Shown one piece after another: positions 21,530 through 33,746 of a stretch of DNA of 42,388 bases (position 1 is the first letter of the stretch; every line of letters begins with the position of its first letter). A program made the translations under genes and the position numbers. Under the pieces are notes generated by a model that saw only the letters and a program-made list of their open reading frames with translations, had not been told where the DNA came from and did not search any database. This DNA comes from Pasteurellaceae bacterium (GTDB lineage Bacteria > Pseudomonadota > Gammaproteobacteria > Enterobacterales > Pasteurellaceae): NCBI GenBank assembly GCA_900755445.1, contig CAAEGL010000016.1, positions 1-42,388 on the forward strand, read 5' to 3'.

Positions 21530-22426
21530 TTAGATCCCCGCTGTTTCTTTAATGTATTTACGGCCTTTGACGGCGTATTCAAATGGGTTAGCGATGGCAG
21601 GGTCTTGTTCTGCCTCAACCACCATCCAGCCTTTATAATTGTGTTTTTCAAGAATATCAAAAATTGGTCTGAAATCGATTACACCATCACCTGGTACGGT
21701 GAATGTGCCTTTGCGAACACCTTCTAAAAAGCTAAGATCATTTGCTTTTACTTCAGCAACGACTTCATCACGCACATCTTTTAAATGCACGTGGCAAATT
21801 CGGTCTATGTATTTTTCTAATACGTCTAGCATCGCTTTTTGTGAGCCTTCAGAATAATAGATATGACCTGAATCAAATAACAAATACACGTCATCTTTAA
21901 CGACAGCCATATATTTATCAATTTCAGCTGGAGTTTGAATACCTGTACCCATGTGATGATGTAGGCATACTTTCATCCCTTTTTCAGCTGCTAATTTAGC
22001 TAGTTCATTGTAGCCCTCAGCAAGGAGCTGCCATTCTTCTTCAGTAAAAACAGTTTTTTCTTTAAAAACAGCTTTTGTTGTGCCTTGGATACTACGGCTT
22101 TGTTCAGAACAGCCAATAACCTTGGCTCCCATAGCATGAAGGAAATCTCGATGTTTAATGAATTCTTTGATCGTTTCTTCTTTTTTGCCATCTACAAAAA
22201 AGGTACTAAACCAAGCATTACAAATTTGAATTCCACGAACACTCAATTTGTGTTTTAGCACTTCCACATCGCGCGGATATTTATTTCCGACCTCGCATCC
22301 AGTAAAACCGGCCAGCGCCATTTCACTAACACATTGTTCAAAGGTATTTTCTTTGCCAAGATCAGGCATATCATCGTTAGTCCAACCAATTGGCGCGATA
22401 CCTAATTTCACGTTTTCAGCTTTCAT
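21530..22426 (-). CDS. iolE: myo-inosose-2 dehydratase
   Basis: [30 protein letters not shown]. Confidence 0.96.
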   Translation of the reverse strand: MKAENVKLGIAPIGWTNDDMPDLGKENTFEQCVSEMALAGFTGCEVGNKYPRDVEVLKHKLSVRGIQICNAWFSTFFVDGKKEETIKEFIKHRDFLHAMGAKVIGCSEQSRSIQGTTKAVFKEKTVFTEEEWQLLAEGYNELAKLAAEKGMKVCLHHHMGTGIQTPAEIDKYMAVVKDDVYLLFDSGHIYYSEGSQKAMLDVLEKYIDRICHVHLKDVRDEVVAEVKANDLSFLEGVRKGTFTVPGDGVIDFRPIFDILEKHNYKGWMVVEAEQDPAIANPFEYAVKGRKYIKETAGI

Positions 22427-22478
22427 AGTTTTTCCTTCTCGAAAGAGTGGTTAAATTGGAGATAAATCAAATTCTTGA

Positions 22479-24425
22479 CTAATAGCGTCTCGCTTCGTTA
22501 ATGTGTTTCACACTATTTTCATGAGCCTTACGGATAGTCTCTTTTTCAGAAACCTCTGCTACGCCGACGTGCCACCAACTGCCATAACCATGTATCATGG
22601 TTTTTGGTAGTACTTTAATATCAATTAAGGTGGAAACATTTTGTTTTTTAGCATCAGCTAAGGCAGCGTACAATTCTTCTTCTGTTGTGACTTTGTAGGT
22701 CTTACATCCATAAGAAGCTGCGTTCATGGCAAAATCGACAGGTACAAATCCACCATCTAATTTGTTGGTTTGTGGATTTCTGAAACGGAATTCTGTCGCA
22801 AAGCTATCCATACCATTGCCGATTTGTAAGTTGTTAATACATCCGTTAGTCATATTGTCGAATAAAACGACGTTAATTTTTTTATTTTCTTGTACGGATG
22901 TGACAAGTTCAGAATGAAGCATCATATAAGAGCCATCACCTAATAAGGCATAAACCTCTTTTTCTGGTTGAGCTAATTTTGCTCCTAAAGCCGCATTGAC
23001 TTCATAGCCCATACAAGAATAACCATATTCTAAATGGTAGGTATTTTCGCCTTTAGATTGCCACGCTCTTTGTAAGTCGCCAGGTAAGCTACCAGCAGCT
23101 CCAACAATGATATCGTTTTCACCTAAGGTCTCATTGAGAATGCCTAGAACACGGCTTTGTGTTAAGCAAGATTGAGTAATCTTAATAAATTCCTCATAAA
23201 CTTTTTCTCGATCCAAGGCATCATTCACTTCTGGGATGAAATCTTTTTCAGTGTAAGTTGTGTGATAAATACGTTGTAATTCCTGTTTAAATTGCGCTTT
23301 AGCTTCACTAATTGAATTGCCCCATTGTGCACGATAACGATAACCTGTTAGCGAGAGAAGTGCGGTGAGTTTTTCTAGCGTTTCTTTCGCATCTGCAACA
23401 ACTTGGACACCATCTAATTTATAGGCATCAAAACGAGCGACGTTAATATTTAGGAATTTCACCTCTGGATTTTGGAAGATCCATTTAGAGGAAGTTGTGA
23501 AATCTGTATAGCGAGTACCAATACCGATAATGAGGTCCGCCTCTTTTGCCAAGAGATTAGCAGCTAAACAACCGGTTTCACCGACACCGCCAACATTTAA
23601 ACTGTGTTCAGAAACGACCGCACTTTTACCCGCTTGAGTCTCTGCAAAAGGAATATGGAATGTTTCTGCAAAGTGCTTGAGTTGTTCTGCGGCTTCTGAA
23701 TAACGCACACCACCACCACAAATAATTAATGGTTTTTTAGAACTCATAATAAACTCAATAGCAGATTTCAACATCGGCTCAGTTGGTAGTATTCTTTCAA
23801 TTCGGTGAATCCGTTTTTGTAGAAAATATTCAGGGAAATCATAGGCTTCAGCTTGAACATCTTGCGGTAGGGCGAGAGTTACGGCTCCAGTATCTGCAGG
23901 GTCAGTTAATACTCGCATGGCATTAATACAGGCAGTCATTAATTGTTCTGGGCGACTAACACGATCCCAATATTTGCTTACTGCTTTAAATGCATCATTT
24001 GTGCTAATGCTTAAGTCGTGAAATTGCTCAATTTGTTGTAAAACAGGGTCTGGTTGGCGGGTTGCAAACACATCACCCGGTAAAAGAAGAAGTGGGATAC
24101 GATTGGCGGTTGCGGTTGCGGCTGCGGTAATCATATTGGCCGCACCAGGCCCAACAGAAGAGGTGCACGCATAAATTTTTTTACGTAGATTCTGCTTTGA
24201 AAAACCAATGGCCACATGAGCCATACCTTGTTCATTACGCCCTTGACGAACGATGAGATTACCGCTGTCTTGTTCTAATGCTTGACCAATGCCTAATACA
24301 TTGCCATGTCCAAAAATACCAAAGATACCTTCAACAAATTTAGTGACTTTACCGTCAAACTCAATATATTGATTATCAAGGAATTTTATTAGCGCTTGTG
24401 CCACAGTTAGTCTTACAGTTTTCAT
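22479..24425 (-). CDS. iolD: 3D-(3,5/4)-trihydroxycyclohexane-1,2-dione acylhydrolase (ThDP-dependent)
   Basis: [22 protein letters not shown] ThDP motif. Confidence 0.96.
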   Translation of the reverse strand: MKTVRLTVAQALIKFLDNQYIEFDGKVTKFVEGIFGIFGHGNVLGIGQALEQDSGNLIVRQGRNEQGMAHVAIGFSKQNLRKKIYACTSSVGPGAANMITAAATATANRIPLLLLPGDVFATRQPDPVLQQIEQFHDLSISTNDAFKAVSKYWDRVSRPEQLMTACINAMRVLTDPADTGAVTLALPQDVQAEAYDFPEYFLQKRIHRIERILPTEPMLKSAIEFIMSSKKPLIICGGGVRYSEAAEQLKHFAETFHIPFAETQAGKSAVVSEHSLNVGGVGETGCLAANLLAKEADLIIGIGTRYTDFTTSSKWIFQNPEVKFLNINVARFDAYKLDGVQVVADAKETLEKLTALLSLTGYRYRAQWGNSISEAKAQFKQELQRIYHTTYTEKDFIPEVNDALDREKVYEEFIKITQSCLTQSRVLGILNETLGENDIIVGAAGSLPGDLQRAWQSKGENTYHLEYGYSCMGYEVNAALGAKLAQPEKEVYALLGDGSYMMLHSELVTSVQENKKINVVLFDNMTNGCINNLQIGNGMDSFATEFRFRNPQTNKLDGGFVPVDFAMNAASYGCKTYKVTTEEELYAALADAKKQNVSTLIDIKVLPKTMIHGYGSWWHVGVAEVSEKETIRKAHENSVKHINEARRY

Positions 24426-24494
24426 TGTAATCTCCTTTTAGGGTAACTTGCATTAGTGCTAGTATATAAGTATTCTTCTAATTTTAAATATTTT

Positions 24495-24530
24495 TGAAAT
24501 AAAAATTTCATTTTTGAGACATAGATCAAA
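24495..24530. promoter_or_regulatory. IolR-like palindrome plus CRP-like site upstream of iolD
   Basis: TGAAAT-aaaa-ATTTCA (24495-510), 4 nt, TGAGA-catAGA-TCAAA (24515-30). Confidence 0.65.
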
Positions 24531-24630
24531 CTTTTTTTAGCACGAGAATTCGATTTTATAAATGAAGGTTAGACAGTGTAGTAAATAGGATTGTTTTAGA
24601 TGTAGTAGAACAGTTTTTAGAGATTGATTT

Positions 24631-24690
24631 TGTGATTAATGTCTAAAAAATGAAATTTCGTTATTGCTTTTTTTTGAAATATATGTTTCA
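24631..24690. promoter_or_regulatory. CRP-like site and IolR-like sites upstream of iolC
   Basis: TGTGA-ttaatg-TCTAA (24631-46), TGAAAT half-site at 24651, TGAAAT-atat-GTTTCA (24675-90). Confidence 0.6.
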
Positions 24691-24734
24691 ATTTGTATGG
24701 TGAAGCAACTTTATTAATCAGAAGGAATGGCATT

Positions 24735-26645
24735 ATGAAAACGGTAGAAAAAACACTAGACCTCATTTGTCTCGGTCGCGTAGCTGTTGATCTTTATGCA
24801 CAACAAATTGGTGCGAGATTAGAAGATGCATCTTCTTTTTCCAAATATCTAGGTGGATCTTCAGGTAATGTTGCCTATGGAACTGCTGTGCAAGGTGTGA
24901 AATCCTCAATGCTAGCACGAGTTGGGGATGAGCATATGGGCCGTTTCTTGCGTGAAGAATTACAGCGTGTTGGCGTAGATACCAGTCATCTCATTACGGA
25001 TAAAGAACGCCTAACCGGACTTGTCATTTTAGGTATTAAAGATCAGGACACATTCCCATTAATTTTCTATCGTGAAAATTGTGCTGATATGGCTATTACA
25101 AAAGAAGACTTTGATGAAAGCTATATTGCCTCAGCTAAAGCATTAGCTATAACAGGGACTCATTTATCCCATCCGAAAACCAGAGAAGCCGTGTTAACCG
25201 CATTAGAATATGCAGGTAGAAATAATACGAAACGCTTGTTAGATATTGATTATCGCCCGGTATTATGGGGACTAACTTCTCTTGGTGATGGTGAAACTCG
25301 CTTTATTGATTCAGAAGCGGTGACGAAATCCTTACAAGAAGTATTACATCATTTTGATGTACTCGTGGGTACCGAAGAAGAATTCCATATTGCTGGTGGT
25401 TCAACCGATACATTAACCGCACTTAAAAATGTACGTAAGTTCAGCCATGCCGTTTTGGTTTGTAAACGTGGCGCATTAGGCTGTTCAGTATTTGAAGGGG
25501 ATATCCCTGATGATTTGGATGGTGGATTAAATGTTTATGGCGTGAGAGTGGAAGTACTCAACGTGCTTGGTGCAGGTGATGCATTCATGTCAGGCCTCAT
25601 TCGAGGTTATATTAATAATGAAGGTTGGGAACAATCTTGTCGTTATGCAAATGCTTGTGGTGCATTAGTGGTGTCTCGCCACGGTTGTGCTCCGGCAATG
25701 CCAACAAAAGCCGAGTTAGATAATTACTTAGCTCGCGCAGAATCAGTACCTCGTCCTGATTTAGATTCGCAATTAAATCATTTACATCGCGTGACAACCC
25801 GAAAAGCAAAATGGGATAATTTATGTATCTTTGCTTTTGATCATCGCAAACAGTTAGTTGATCTCGCTGAGAAATGTGGTGCAGATGTCAAACGAATTCC
25901 TAAATTGAAACAACTTCTCTTACAAGCTGCAGAAAGAACAGCACAAGAAGAGGGAATTTATGATGGACAAGCAGGAATTCTTGCTGATACTACGTTTGGT
26001 CAAGCTGCATTAAATGAAATTACCGGTAAACATTGGTGGATTGGACGTCCAATTGAACTTCCAGCCTCTCGCCCATTACGTTTGGAATATGGTGATTTAG
26101 GTAGTCAATTAGCAAGCTGGCCACAAGAACATGTGGTGAAATGTTTGGTCTTTTACCATCCGAAAGACAGTATTGAAATGAAAACAGAGCAAGATGCAAC
26201 ATTAAAACAAGTGTATCAAGCTTGCTGTCGAACAGGACATGAATTGCTATTAGAAGTGATTTTACCTTCAGATATGGAACAAAATGAAGAATACTATGCT
26301 GAAATTATTACGCATTTCTATCATTTAGGCATTAAACCAGATTGGTGGAAATTACCAGGTGTTTCAGCAAAAGCTTGGGCGCATATTAGCGAAGTCATTC
26401 AAGCAAATGATCCATATTGCCGTGGAATCTTGATTTTAGGTTTGGATGCACCAGAAGATAAGTTTAAAGCAGTATTTGATGCATCAGCTAATGCACCTTT
26501 AGTCAAAGGTTTTGCTGTAGGACGAACAATTTTCGGGCAACCATCAGGAGATTGGTTAAGTGGAAAATTAACAGATGATGGGCTTGTTGCTGAAGTGAGT
26601 GAAAGATACAGAAGACTCATTAAGCTTTGGAAATCTCGTCAATAA
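24735..26645 (+). CDS. iolC: 5-dehydro-2-deoxygluconokinase fused to a C-terminal DUF2090-type aldolase domain
   Basis: PfkB motifs GGSSGN and GAGDAF; C-terminal AFDHR, KPDWWK, GFAVGRTIF; ATG 24735 after AAGGA. Confidence 0.93.
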   Translation: MKTVEKTLDLICLGRVAVDLYAQQIGARLEDASSFSKYLGGSSGNVAYGTAVQGVKSSMLARVGDEHMGRFLREELQRVGVDTSHLITDKERLTGLVILGIKDQDTFPLIFYRENCADMAITKEDFDESYIASAKALAITGTHLSHPKTREAVLTALEYAGRNNTKRLLDIDYRPVLWGLTSLGDGETRFIDSEAVTKSLQEVLHHFDVLVGTEEEFHIAGGSTDTLTALKNVRKFSHAVLVCKRGALGCSVFEGDIPDDLDGGLNVYGVRVEVLNVLGAGDAFMSGLIRGYINNEGWEQSCRYANACGALVVSRHGCAPAMPTKAELDNYLARAESVPRPDLDSQLNHLHRVTTRKAKWDNLCIFAFDHRKQLVDLAEKCGADVKRIPKLKQLLLQAAERTAQEEGIYDGQAGILADTTFGQAALNEITGKHWWIGRPIELPASRPLRLEYGDLGSQLASWPQEHVVKCLVFYHPKDSIEMKTEQDATLKQVYQACCRTGHELLLEVILPSDMEQNEEYYAEIITHFYHLGIKPDWWKLPGVSAKAWAHISEVIQANDPYCRGILILGLDAPEDKFKAVFDASANAPLVKGFAVGRTIFGQPSGDWLSGKLTDDGLVAEVSERYRRLIKLWKSRQ

Positions 26646-26655
26646 TTGTAAATGT

Positions 26656-26681
26656 AAAATGCCCCATATTGGGGCATTTTT
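26656..26681. terminator. Bidirectional terminator between iolC and iolR
   Basis: AAAATGCCCC-atatt-GGGGCATTTTT. Confidence 0.85.
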
Positions 26682-26682
26682 A

Positions 26683-27522
26683 TTATTTGGTGTTTTTATC
26701 TTTTTCTTTTTCTAAACCTAATACAATTGCAAGTGTTTGCACGAGGGTCATTGTTGAACACTGAGAACGGAAGCCGAGTACTTGTGCTTCTTTGATAACA
26801 AATGCAATATCACTAAATGCAAGTAATGGACTAATTTGGCTATCTGTAATAGAAATTTGTTTAACCCCTTTTTTAGCACAAACCTTACTAATATTAACTG
26901 TTTCAGCTGCATAAGGTGAAAAACTAATGGCGACAACAACATCTCCTTCTTTAACTTGATTAAGCTGTTCATCAAACATGCCACCTAATCCATTAATTAA
27001 AAAAGAACGACAATCTAAGTGTTGTAAGGCATAGTTTAAATAGCAGGCAGCACTAAAAGAACGCTTTAATCCAATGATAAAAATATTATTGGCCTCTTTA
27101 AGAATTTTGGCTGCTTCATTAATTTGTTCATTTGTGGTTTGTTCCGCTAACTGATGTAATGCTTGGCTATTAGCTTGTGAGAAAATAGTCAAAATATCTT
27201 CTGGTGATTCTTCACCTTCTGATTTAGCAATTTTATGTGAAAGTTGAAGTCTTTCCGTGTAATTAGTGGTCTTTTCCATAAGATTTTCACGGAAGATTTG
27301 TTTCATTTCGTTAAAACCGGAAAAACCGAATTCAGAAGCAAAACGGATCAGTGTTGAAGGCGGAACATCAGCTTTTTCTGCAATAACGGCAACGGTATCA
27401 AAAACAATACTGTCGCTATTATCTAAGATATATTTTGCAACTTGTTTAAGTCTTTTACTTAAACTATCGTAACGAGTTTGTATTTCTGTTTGTAAATTGG
27501 TTAATTGAGATTTTTCTTTCAT
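26683..27522 (-). CDS. iolR: RpiR-family regulator (HTH + SIS domain)
   Basis: LSKRLKQVA, VPPSTLIRFA, GFSGF, ISFSPY; iol context. Confidence 0.88.
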   Translation of the reverse strand: MKEKSQLTNLQTEIQTRYDSLSKRLKQVAKYILDNSDSIVFDTVAVIAEKADVPPSTLIRFASEFGFSGFNEMKQIFRENLMEKTTNYTERLQLSHKIAKSEGEESPEDILTIFSQANSQALHQLAEQTTNEQINEAAKILKEANNIFIIGLKRSFSAACYLNYALQHLDCRSFLINGLGGMFDEQLNQVKEGDVVVAISFSPYAAETVNISKVCAKKGVKQISITDSQISPLLAFSDIAFVIKEAQVLGFRSQCSTMTLVQTLAIVLGLEKEKDKNTK

Positions 27523-27584
27523 ATAAAGTTATTTTTAGAATAAATGTTCGCAGATCTTATAGAGATGAACAAAAAATTCAAGAA

Positions 27585-27614
27585 AAAAGTGCGGTCATTT
27601 TTGACCGCACTTTT
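27585..27614. terminator. Inverted USS pair terminator after frdD
   Basis: AAAAGTGCGGT-catttttg-ACCGCACTTTT. Confidence 0.85.
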
Positions 27615-27638
27615 ACTTATCAATTTAGTATTTTTAAA

Positions 27639-27983
27639 TTACAAACCTAATACGGCAAATAACACCCAAACAGTGTAAATAGTTGCGAGGCCGTAGAAGA
27701 TGAATCCGCCTGCTGGCACGTGAATTTTAAGATCGTGCATCGCATGATGGATACGGTGTAAACCACACCACATTGGGAAAATCGTTAAAACTAAGATAAC
27801 TAATTTTCCGATCCAAGAATAAGCGAATGTAATTAAGTTATGTGGATCAATTAATCCAAATGGTAACAATAAACCAAGGATTAAGATTACCACAGGAAAG
27901 AAAATCGCACTGACAGTCCCGCCAGCACCAAACATCAACCATACTGGTGGTTCACCAGAGCGTTTTGGATTTTGTTCGACCAT
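27639..27983 (-). CDS. frdD: Fumarate reductase subunit D
   Basis: [22 protein letters not shown]. Confidence 0.96.
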   Translation of the reverse strand: MVEQNPKRSGEPPVWLMFGAGGTVSAIFFPVVILILGLLLPFGLIDPHNLITFAYSWIGKLVILVLTIFPMWCGLHRIHHAMHDLKIHVPAGGFIFYGLATIYTVWVLFAVLGL

Positions 27984-27994
27984 TTTTTCTCTCC

Positions 27995-28405
27995 CTACAT
28001 ATAAACTAAAATTAATGCGATAACACTAATCACAGCTGTCACTGCCCAAAGTGCATTTCTTAACACGTGATGTGGTAAACGCTCATTTTTAACAATGATG
28101 TTCATCACTTTTGGTGTCATCACGAAATAAGTTGCAGTGTGATATAAAGTCGCAATTAATGTGATGATATTTAAGAACACCACAATTGGATTTCTTAAGA
28201 AGCCAATGAAATCAATAATGCCTAGACCTGGAACAGGATTGCTTGCAAGGCAAAGTACGCCATAAAGCAATACGATACAGAACCATACAGCAAAGATAGA
28301 GGTTGCTTCGCGCACCATATATGCTTTGTAGAAATCCAATTTTTGCCACCAAGTAGCCGTCATTGGGCGAACATATTTTTTACGTTTACTTAATGTTACT
28401 GACAT
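27995..28405 (-). CDS. frdC: Fumarate reductase subunit C
   Basis: [21 protein letters not shown]. Confidence 0.96.
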   Translation of the reverse strand: MSVTLSKRKKYVRPMTATWWQKLDFYKAYMVREATSIFAVWFCIVLLYGVLCLASNPVPGLGIIDFIGFLRNPIVVFLNIITLIATLYHTATYFVMTPKVMNIIVKNERLPHHVLRNALWAVTAVISVIALILVYM

Positions 28406-28415
28406 ATTCTTCCCC

Positions 28416-29186
28416 TTAGCCTTTTGGTTTTAGCATTGAGATAACATAATCTTTGGCGCTTTCAATTTTGCCTTGGTTGATTGCAGAAGCCGGATCCACG
28501 TGTTTTGGACACACTTCAGAACAATAACCGACGAAAGTACAGCTCCAAACACCGTTTTTACCATTTAATAATGGCATACGTTGTGCTTTACCATGGTCAC
28601 GGTTATCAAGATTGTAACGATGTGCCATCGTAATCGCTGCAGGGCCAATGAATTCAGGGTTCAAACCGAATTGTGGACAAGCCGCATAACATAAACCACA
28701 GTTAATACACATTGAGAATTGACGATATTTTTCAAGCTGTGCCGGGGTTTGTTTAGTACGGCTTACTTGCAATTCTTTTGATGGGTGTGGTTTACCATCT
28801 AATGCTGGTGCTTCGTTACCAATAATATAAGGTTTAATAGCCTCTAAACTTTCGATAAAGTGGCTTAAATCAACCACTAAGTCGCGTTCAATAGGGAAGT
28901 TTGCTAATGGTTCAATACGCATGTGGCCGCTGTAATCACGTAAGAACGTTTTACAAGCCAATTTTGGTTTGTTATTGACCATCATCCCGCAAGAACCGCA
29001 GATCGCCATACGGCAAGACCAACGATAAGAAAGAGACGGTTCAAGTTTATCTTTAATGTAACCTAACGCATCTAAAAGAGAGGTTTGGTTATCATAAGGT
29101 ACTTGATAAGAGCTTAAATGTGGCTCTTGATCATTTTCTGGGTTGTAGCGTAATACTTCTACAGTCATTACCGGTGAATTAGCCAT
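28416..29186 (-). CDS. frdB: Fumarate reductase iron-sulfur subunit
   Basis: [34 protein letters not shown]; start moved to ATG 29186. Confidence 0.97.
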   Translation of the reverse strand: MANSPVMTVEVLRYNPENDQEPHLSSYQVPYDNQTSLLDALGYIKDKLEPSLSYRWSCRMAICGSCGMMVNNKPKLACKTFLRDYSGHMRIEPLANFPIERDLVVDLSHFIESLEAIKPYIIGNEAPALDGKPHPSKELQVSRTKQTPAQLEKYRQFSMCINCGLCYAACPQFGLNPEFIGPAAITMAHRYNLDNRDHGKAQRMPLLNGKNGVWSCTFVGYCSEVCPKHVDPASAINQGKIESAKDYVISMLKPKG

Positions 29187-30978
29187 TTGCTTGCTCCTTA
29201 GCTTTCGCAGCCGCTTCTGCCGCTTCTGCTTCAGCACCATAAACACGTTTTGCTGGTTGAGATTTAGTGATTTTCACCGGGCTGTATTCAATACGCGGTG
29301 CATCATCGCCATTGTAGTAAGCAAGGGTGTGTTTTAAATAATTCACATCATCACGTTCGGTGTAGTCTAAGCGTTGGTGTGCACCACGAGACTCTTTACG
29401 TTCAATTGCAGAGTTGGCAATTGATTGTGCTACATCAAGGATGTAACCTAATTCTACGGTGTAAAGAACATCGGTATTGAATACGCTTGAACGGTCTACA
29501 ACACGAATACGTTTATAACGTTCTTTAAGCTCAGCAATTTTATCTACTGCTTTTTGCATGCTTTCTTGGTCACGGTAGATACCACAACCTTCTTCCATTA
29601 CGGTACCCATTTCATCACGGATTTCAGACCAAGATTCATTACCTTCTTGGTTGTAAAGTGCTTCAAGGCGAGCGACAACATCTTGAGCTTGTGCATCAAC
29701 TGCTGCACGGTTTACTGGTTTTGCTTCTGCTGCACGTTGTGCTGCATATTCACCCGCAACACGGCCTAAAACCACTAATTCAGCAAGCGAGTTAGAACCT
29801 AAACGGTTTGCACCATGTAAGCCAGAAGATGCACATTCACCCACTGCAAATAAACCTTTAATGCGAGTTTCGCTGTTGTAATCCACTTCAATACCACCCA
29901 TGGTGTAGTGAACAACTGGACGTACAGGGATTGGTTCATTAACTGGGTTTACACCTTCATAAGCACTTGCTAATTCACAAATGAATGGAAGACGTTCATG
30001 TAAATATTTTTCACCTAAGTGACGTAAGTCAAGGTGAACCACATCGACACCTTTTGCAGTTTTTAAAGTGTTGCCTTTTCTCCATTCTTGCCAGAACGCT
30101 TGTGAAACTTTATCACGTGGACCAAGTTCCATATATTTGTTTTCAGGTTTACCGATTGGGGTTTCAGGGCCTAGACCATAATCTTGTAAATAACGGTAGC
30201 CGTTTTTATTCACTAAGATACCGCCTTCACCACGACAACCTTCAGTCATTAAGATACCGGTGTTTGGTAAGCCGGTTGGGTGATATTGGACGAATTCCAT
30301 ATCACGAAGAGGAACACCGTGACGATATGCCATTGATAAACCATCACCAGTTACGATACCGCCGTTGGTATTGAATTTGAATGCACGACAACCACCACCA
30401 GTTGCAATCACAACCGCATTTGCGTTGATTTGAACAAGTGAACCTTCCATCATATTCATCGCCACCATACCGCAAGCATGGCCATCATCAACTAAGATGT
30501 CTAAAACGAAGTGCTCATCAAAACGTTGAATTTGAGGATATTGAATGGATGTTTGGAAAAGAGTATGTAATAAGTGGAAACCGGTTTTGTCTGCTGCGAA
30601 CCAAGTACGTTCGATTTTCATCCCACCGAAACGACGCACGTTCACATCGCCATCTGCTTTACGGCTCCAAGGGCAGCCCCAACGTTCAAGCTGAGTCATT
30701 TCCACTGGAGAATGTTCAACGAAGTATTCCACCACATCTTGTTCACATAACCAGTCACCACCGGCAACGGTATCGTGGAAGTGTTTATCGTAGGAATCTT
30801 CCTCTTTAATTACTGCGGCCGCACCACCTTCTGCTGCAACCGTATGGCTACGCATAGGATAAACCTTAGAAACTAATGCGATCTTTAAGTTAGGGTTTGC
30901 TTCTGCTGCTGCAATTGCTGCACGTAAACCGCCGCCACCGGCACCAACAATAGCAATATCGACATTAACCGTTTGCAC
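29179..30978 (-). CDS. frdA: Fumarate reductase flavoprotein subunit
   Basis: [35 protein letters not shown] start at 30978 after GGAGG. Confidence 0.98.
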   Translation of the reverse strand: MQTVNVDIAIVGAGGGGLRAAIAAAEANPNLKIALVSKVYPMRSHTVAAEGGAAAVIKEEDSYDKHFHDTVAGGDWLCEQDVVEYFVEHSPVEMTQLERWGCPWSRKADGDVNVRRFGGMKIERTWFAADKTGFHLLHTLFQTSIQYPQIQRFDEHFVLDILVDDGHACGMVAMNMMEGSLVQINANAVVIATGGGCRAFKFNTNGGIVTGDGLSMAYRHGVPLRDMEFVQYHPTGLPNTGILMTEGCRGEGGILVNKNGYRYLQDYGLGPETPIGKPENKYMELGPRDKVSQAFWQEWRKGNTLKTAKGVDVVHLDLRHLGEKYLHERLPFICELASAYEGVNPVNEPIPVRPVVHYTMGGIEVDYNSETRIKGLFAVGECASSGLHGANRLGSNSLAELVVLGRVAGEYAAQRAAEAKPVNRAAVDAQAQDVVARLEALYNQEGNESWSEIRDEMGTVMEEGCGIYRDQESMQKAVDKIAELKERYKRIRVVDRSSVFNTDVLYTVELGYILDVAQSIANSAIERKESRGAHQRLDYTERDDVNYLKHTLAYYNGDDAPRIEYSPVKITKSQPAKRVYGAEAEAAEAAAKAKEQANG

Positions 30979-31109
30979 GATATCCTCCAATCATATAGAA
31001 AGTAAAAAAATAAAACGCCCTAAATTAATAGGGGCTTGTGGTAATTCTGCCACTTTTGTTTACAAATTAGTAACTTTTTTTCTGGAATAAACGGACAAAA
31101 TACTAAAAG

Positions 31110-31125
31110 TGTGATCTAACTCAAA
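31110..31125. promoter_or_regulatory. CRP-like site upstream of frdA
   Basis: TGTGA-tctaac-TCAAA. Confidence 0.6.
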
Positions 31126-31258
31126 AAAGTTACTTTTTTTATATTTTTTAGATGATAACCGTTTTTGTTTAAGAATGATTTAGTCGGATTATTGAGTTAA
31201 AAATCAGTCTTGTTTACAATAGCCTAATTTATTTTAAACGTGAAAAACGGAGAAAAAA

Positions 31259-32242
31259 ATGACCGCACTTAGCGATGAAAAAACACAATGGCAACCTTCC
31301 GCCTCAATTAAAAACTTATTGGAGCGTGCCAAAATCATTGCGGATATCCGCCAGTTTTTTACTGAACGTGGATTATTAGAAGTGGAAACGCCGGTTTTAA
31401 GTGAATTTGGCGTGACGGATCTTCACCTTTCAACTTTTAATACAGAGTTTATTGCGCCTTTTGATGAGTTGTCGAAAACGCTGTGGCTTTCTACCAGCCC
31501 AGAATATCATATGAAACGTTTATTAGCGGCAGGCAGTGGACCGATCTTTCAAATTGGCAAAGTGTTTCGTAATGAAGAAGCGGGTAATCGCCATAATCCA
31601 GAATTTACCATGCTTGAATGGTATCGACCGCACTTTGATATGTATCGTCTGATGAATGAAGTGGACGATTTATTACAACAGATCCTCGATTGTAAACCCG
31701 CAGAAACCTTAAGTTATCAATTTGTCTTCCAAGAATATGTAGGATTAGATCCATTGTCTGCGACTCGTCAAGAATTAGTAGAAGCGGCGCGTAAGCACAA
31801 CTTTATGGCAGATGAAGATGAAGATCGTGATACGTTATTGCAATTTTTATTTAGTGAAGTGGTAGAACCTAAAATCGGACAAGAAGCACCTGTTGCGGTT
31901 TATCATTTCCCTTCTTCCCAAGCTGCACTTGCACAGCTGAGCCCTGAAGATAGTCGAGTGGCAGAACGTTTTGAGTTCTACTATAAAGGATTAGAGTTAG
32001 CTAACGGTTTCCATGAGCTTACCGACGCTCGCGAACAACAACATCGCTTTGAGCAAGATAACCGCCTACGCGAAAAAGCAGGCTTGCCACAACGTGAAAT
32101 TGATCATCGTTTACTGGCGGCATTACAAGCAGGAATCCCCAATACATCAGGCGTGGCTTTAGGTGTTGATCGTCTAATTATGATTGCATTAGGCGCTGAA
32201 AGTATTAAAGAAGTGATTTCATTTTCGGTGGAATGTGCCTAA
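31259..32242 (+). CDS. epmA: EF-P--(R)-beta-lysine ligase (GenX/PoxA)
   Basis: [34 protein letters not shown]; divergent from frdA. Confidence 0.96.
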   Translation: MTALSDEKTQWQPSASIKNLLERAKIIADIRQFFTERGLLEVETPVLSEFGVTDLHLSTFNTEFIAPFDELSKTLWLSTSPEYHMKRLLAAGSGPIFQIGKVFRNEEAGNRHNPEFTMLEWYRPHFDMYRLMNEVDDLLQQILDCKPAETLSYQFVFQEYVGLDPLSATRQELVEAARKHNFMADEDEDRDTLLQFLFSEVVEPKIGQEAPVAVYHFPSSQAALAQLSPEDSRVAERFEFYYKGLELANGFHELTDAREQQHRFEQDNRLREKAGLPQREIDHRLLAALQAGIPNTSGVALGVDRLIMIALGAESIKEVISFSVECA

Positions 32243-32345
32243 GTTTATATAGCGTGTTTTACACGCTTTTACCTAAAAATGATTATAATGTGTGCCGCGC
32301 TTTTTTGATCTAAATAAATATTTATGTAAAAAACGTATATAAAAT

Positions 32346-32361
32346 TGTTATCCCGATCACA
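32346..32361. promoter_or_regulatory. CRP-like site upstream of sdaC
   Basis: TGTTA-tcccga-TCACA. Confidence 0.6.
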
Positions 32362-32473
32362 TTTTCTTATGTTGTACTTTGCACCCAATTTAAAACCTTA
32401 TCATAATGCCGTCACTAGCTTAATGAACACTCATTAAATAAATGATTTTATGATTAACTTTAGAGGGTAATAT

Positions 32474-33712
32474 ATGAGCACTACAACTAATAAAAAATGG
32501 AATAAATTTGATGTTGCTTGGGTGTTAAATTTATTTGGGACCGCTGTGGGCGCAGGGGTGTTATTTTTACCAATCAATGCAGGGATGGGGGGCTTCTGGC
32601 CATTGGTGGTAATGGCTATCTTAGTCGGACCAATGACATACTTTGCTCATCGTGGTTTGGCTTATTTCGTTTTATCTTCATCTAAACCAGGTAGTGATAT
32701 TACTGAAGTGGTGGAAGAGCATTTCGGTCCAACAGCAGGAAAATTAATTACTTTATTATATTTCTTCGCGATCTTCCCAATTTTATTGATTTATGGAAAC
32801 GGAATCACGAATACCGTCGATTCTTTCATCGTTAATCAATTAGGCATGGCTTCACCAAATCGTGTAATCCTTTCTTTTGTATTGATTGCAGTATTGATTT
32901 CGGTAATGTTATTCAGTGAAAAAGTAATGTTGAAAATCACTGAATTATTAGTTTATCCATTGGTATTGATTCTCTTTGCATTATCAATCTATCTCATTCC
33001 TCAATGGAATGCATCAATGCTTTATGAACTTCCTACAGCGAGTGGTTTTGTGACGACATTGTGGTTAACTATTCCAGTGTTGGTCTTTTCTTTTAACCAC
33101 TCTCCGGCAATTTCTTCTTTCACGCTTTCTCAACAACGTGAATATAAAGATTTTGATAAAACGGAATATCACATTGGTCGTACAGAAAAAGGCACTTCAA
33201 CCGTATTACTTTTCTTCGTGATGTTCTTTGTGTTTAGTTGTGTATTAACTTTAACACCGGCAGAGTTATTAGAGGCAAAAGCACAAAATATCAGTATCTT
33301 GTCGTATCTTGCGAACAAATTTGATAATCCATACATTTCTTATTTTGCACCATTAGTGGCTTTCTTAGCGATTACGAGTTCATTCTTTGGCCATTATTTA
33401 GGCGCGCGTGAAGGTTTAGAAGGTTTATACCTCAAAATGAAAGGTGAAAGTGTGAATCGTAAAAAATTAAATTACGGTACTGCAGTATTCTTCTTACTCA
33501 CTTTATGGGGCGTAGCAATCATTAACCCAAGTATTTTAGGCTTAATTGAATCACTTGGCGGCCCAATTATTGCGATGATCCTTTTCATTATGCCGATGTA
33601 TGCTATCCGTAATGTTCCAGCGATGAAACGCTATCAAGGTCGTTTTAGCAATGTATTTGTAACAGTAATGGGATTAATTGCTATCTCTGCGGTCGTATAT
33701 GGATTATTATAA
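32474..33712 (+). CDS. sdaC: HAAAP-family serine transporter
   Basis: [21 protein letters not shown]; next to serine dehydratase. Confidence 0.92.
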   Translation: MSTTTNKKWNKFDVAWVLNLFGTAVGAGVLFLPINAGMGGFWPLVVMAILVGPMTYFAHRGLAYFVLSSSKPGSDITEVVEEHFGPTAGKLITLLYFFAIFPILLIYGNGITNTVDSFIVNQLGMASPNRVILSFVLIAVLISVMLFSEKVMLKITELLVYPLVLILFALSIYLIPQWNASMLYELPTASGFVTTLWLTIPVLVFSFNHSPAISSFTLSQQREYKDFDKTEYHIGRTEKGTSTVLLFFVMFFVFSCVLTLTPAELLEAKAQNISILSYLANKFDNPYISYFAPLVAFLAITSSFFGHYLGAREGLEGLYLKMKGESVNRKKLNYGTAVFFLLTLWGVAIINPSILGLIESLGGPIIAMILFIMPMYAIRNVPAMKRYQGRFSNVFVTVMGLIAISAVVYGLL

Positions 33713-33746
33713 GCGACTTTTTAGTTTAGCTTAGGATTGAAATAAT

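Noticed and set aside
32305..32318. FNR-like TTGAT-ctaa-ATAAA upstream of sdaC
   Set aside because: Imperfect half-site in AT-rich sequence; not enough support
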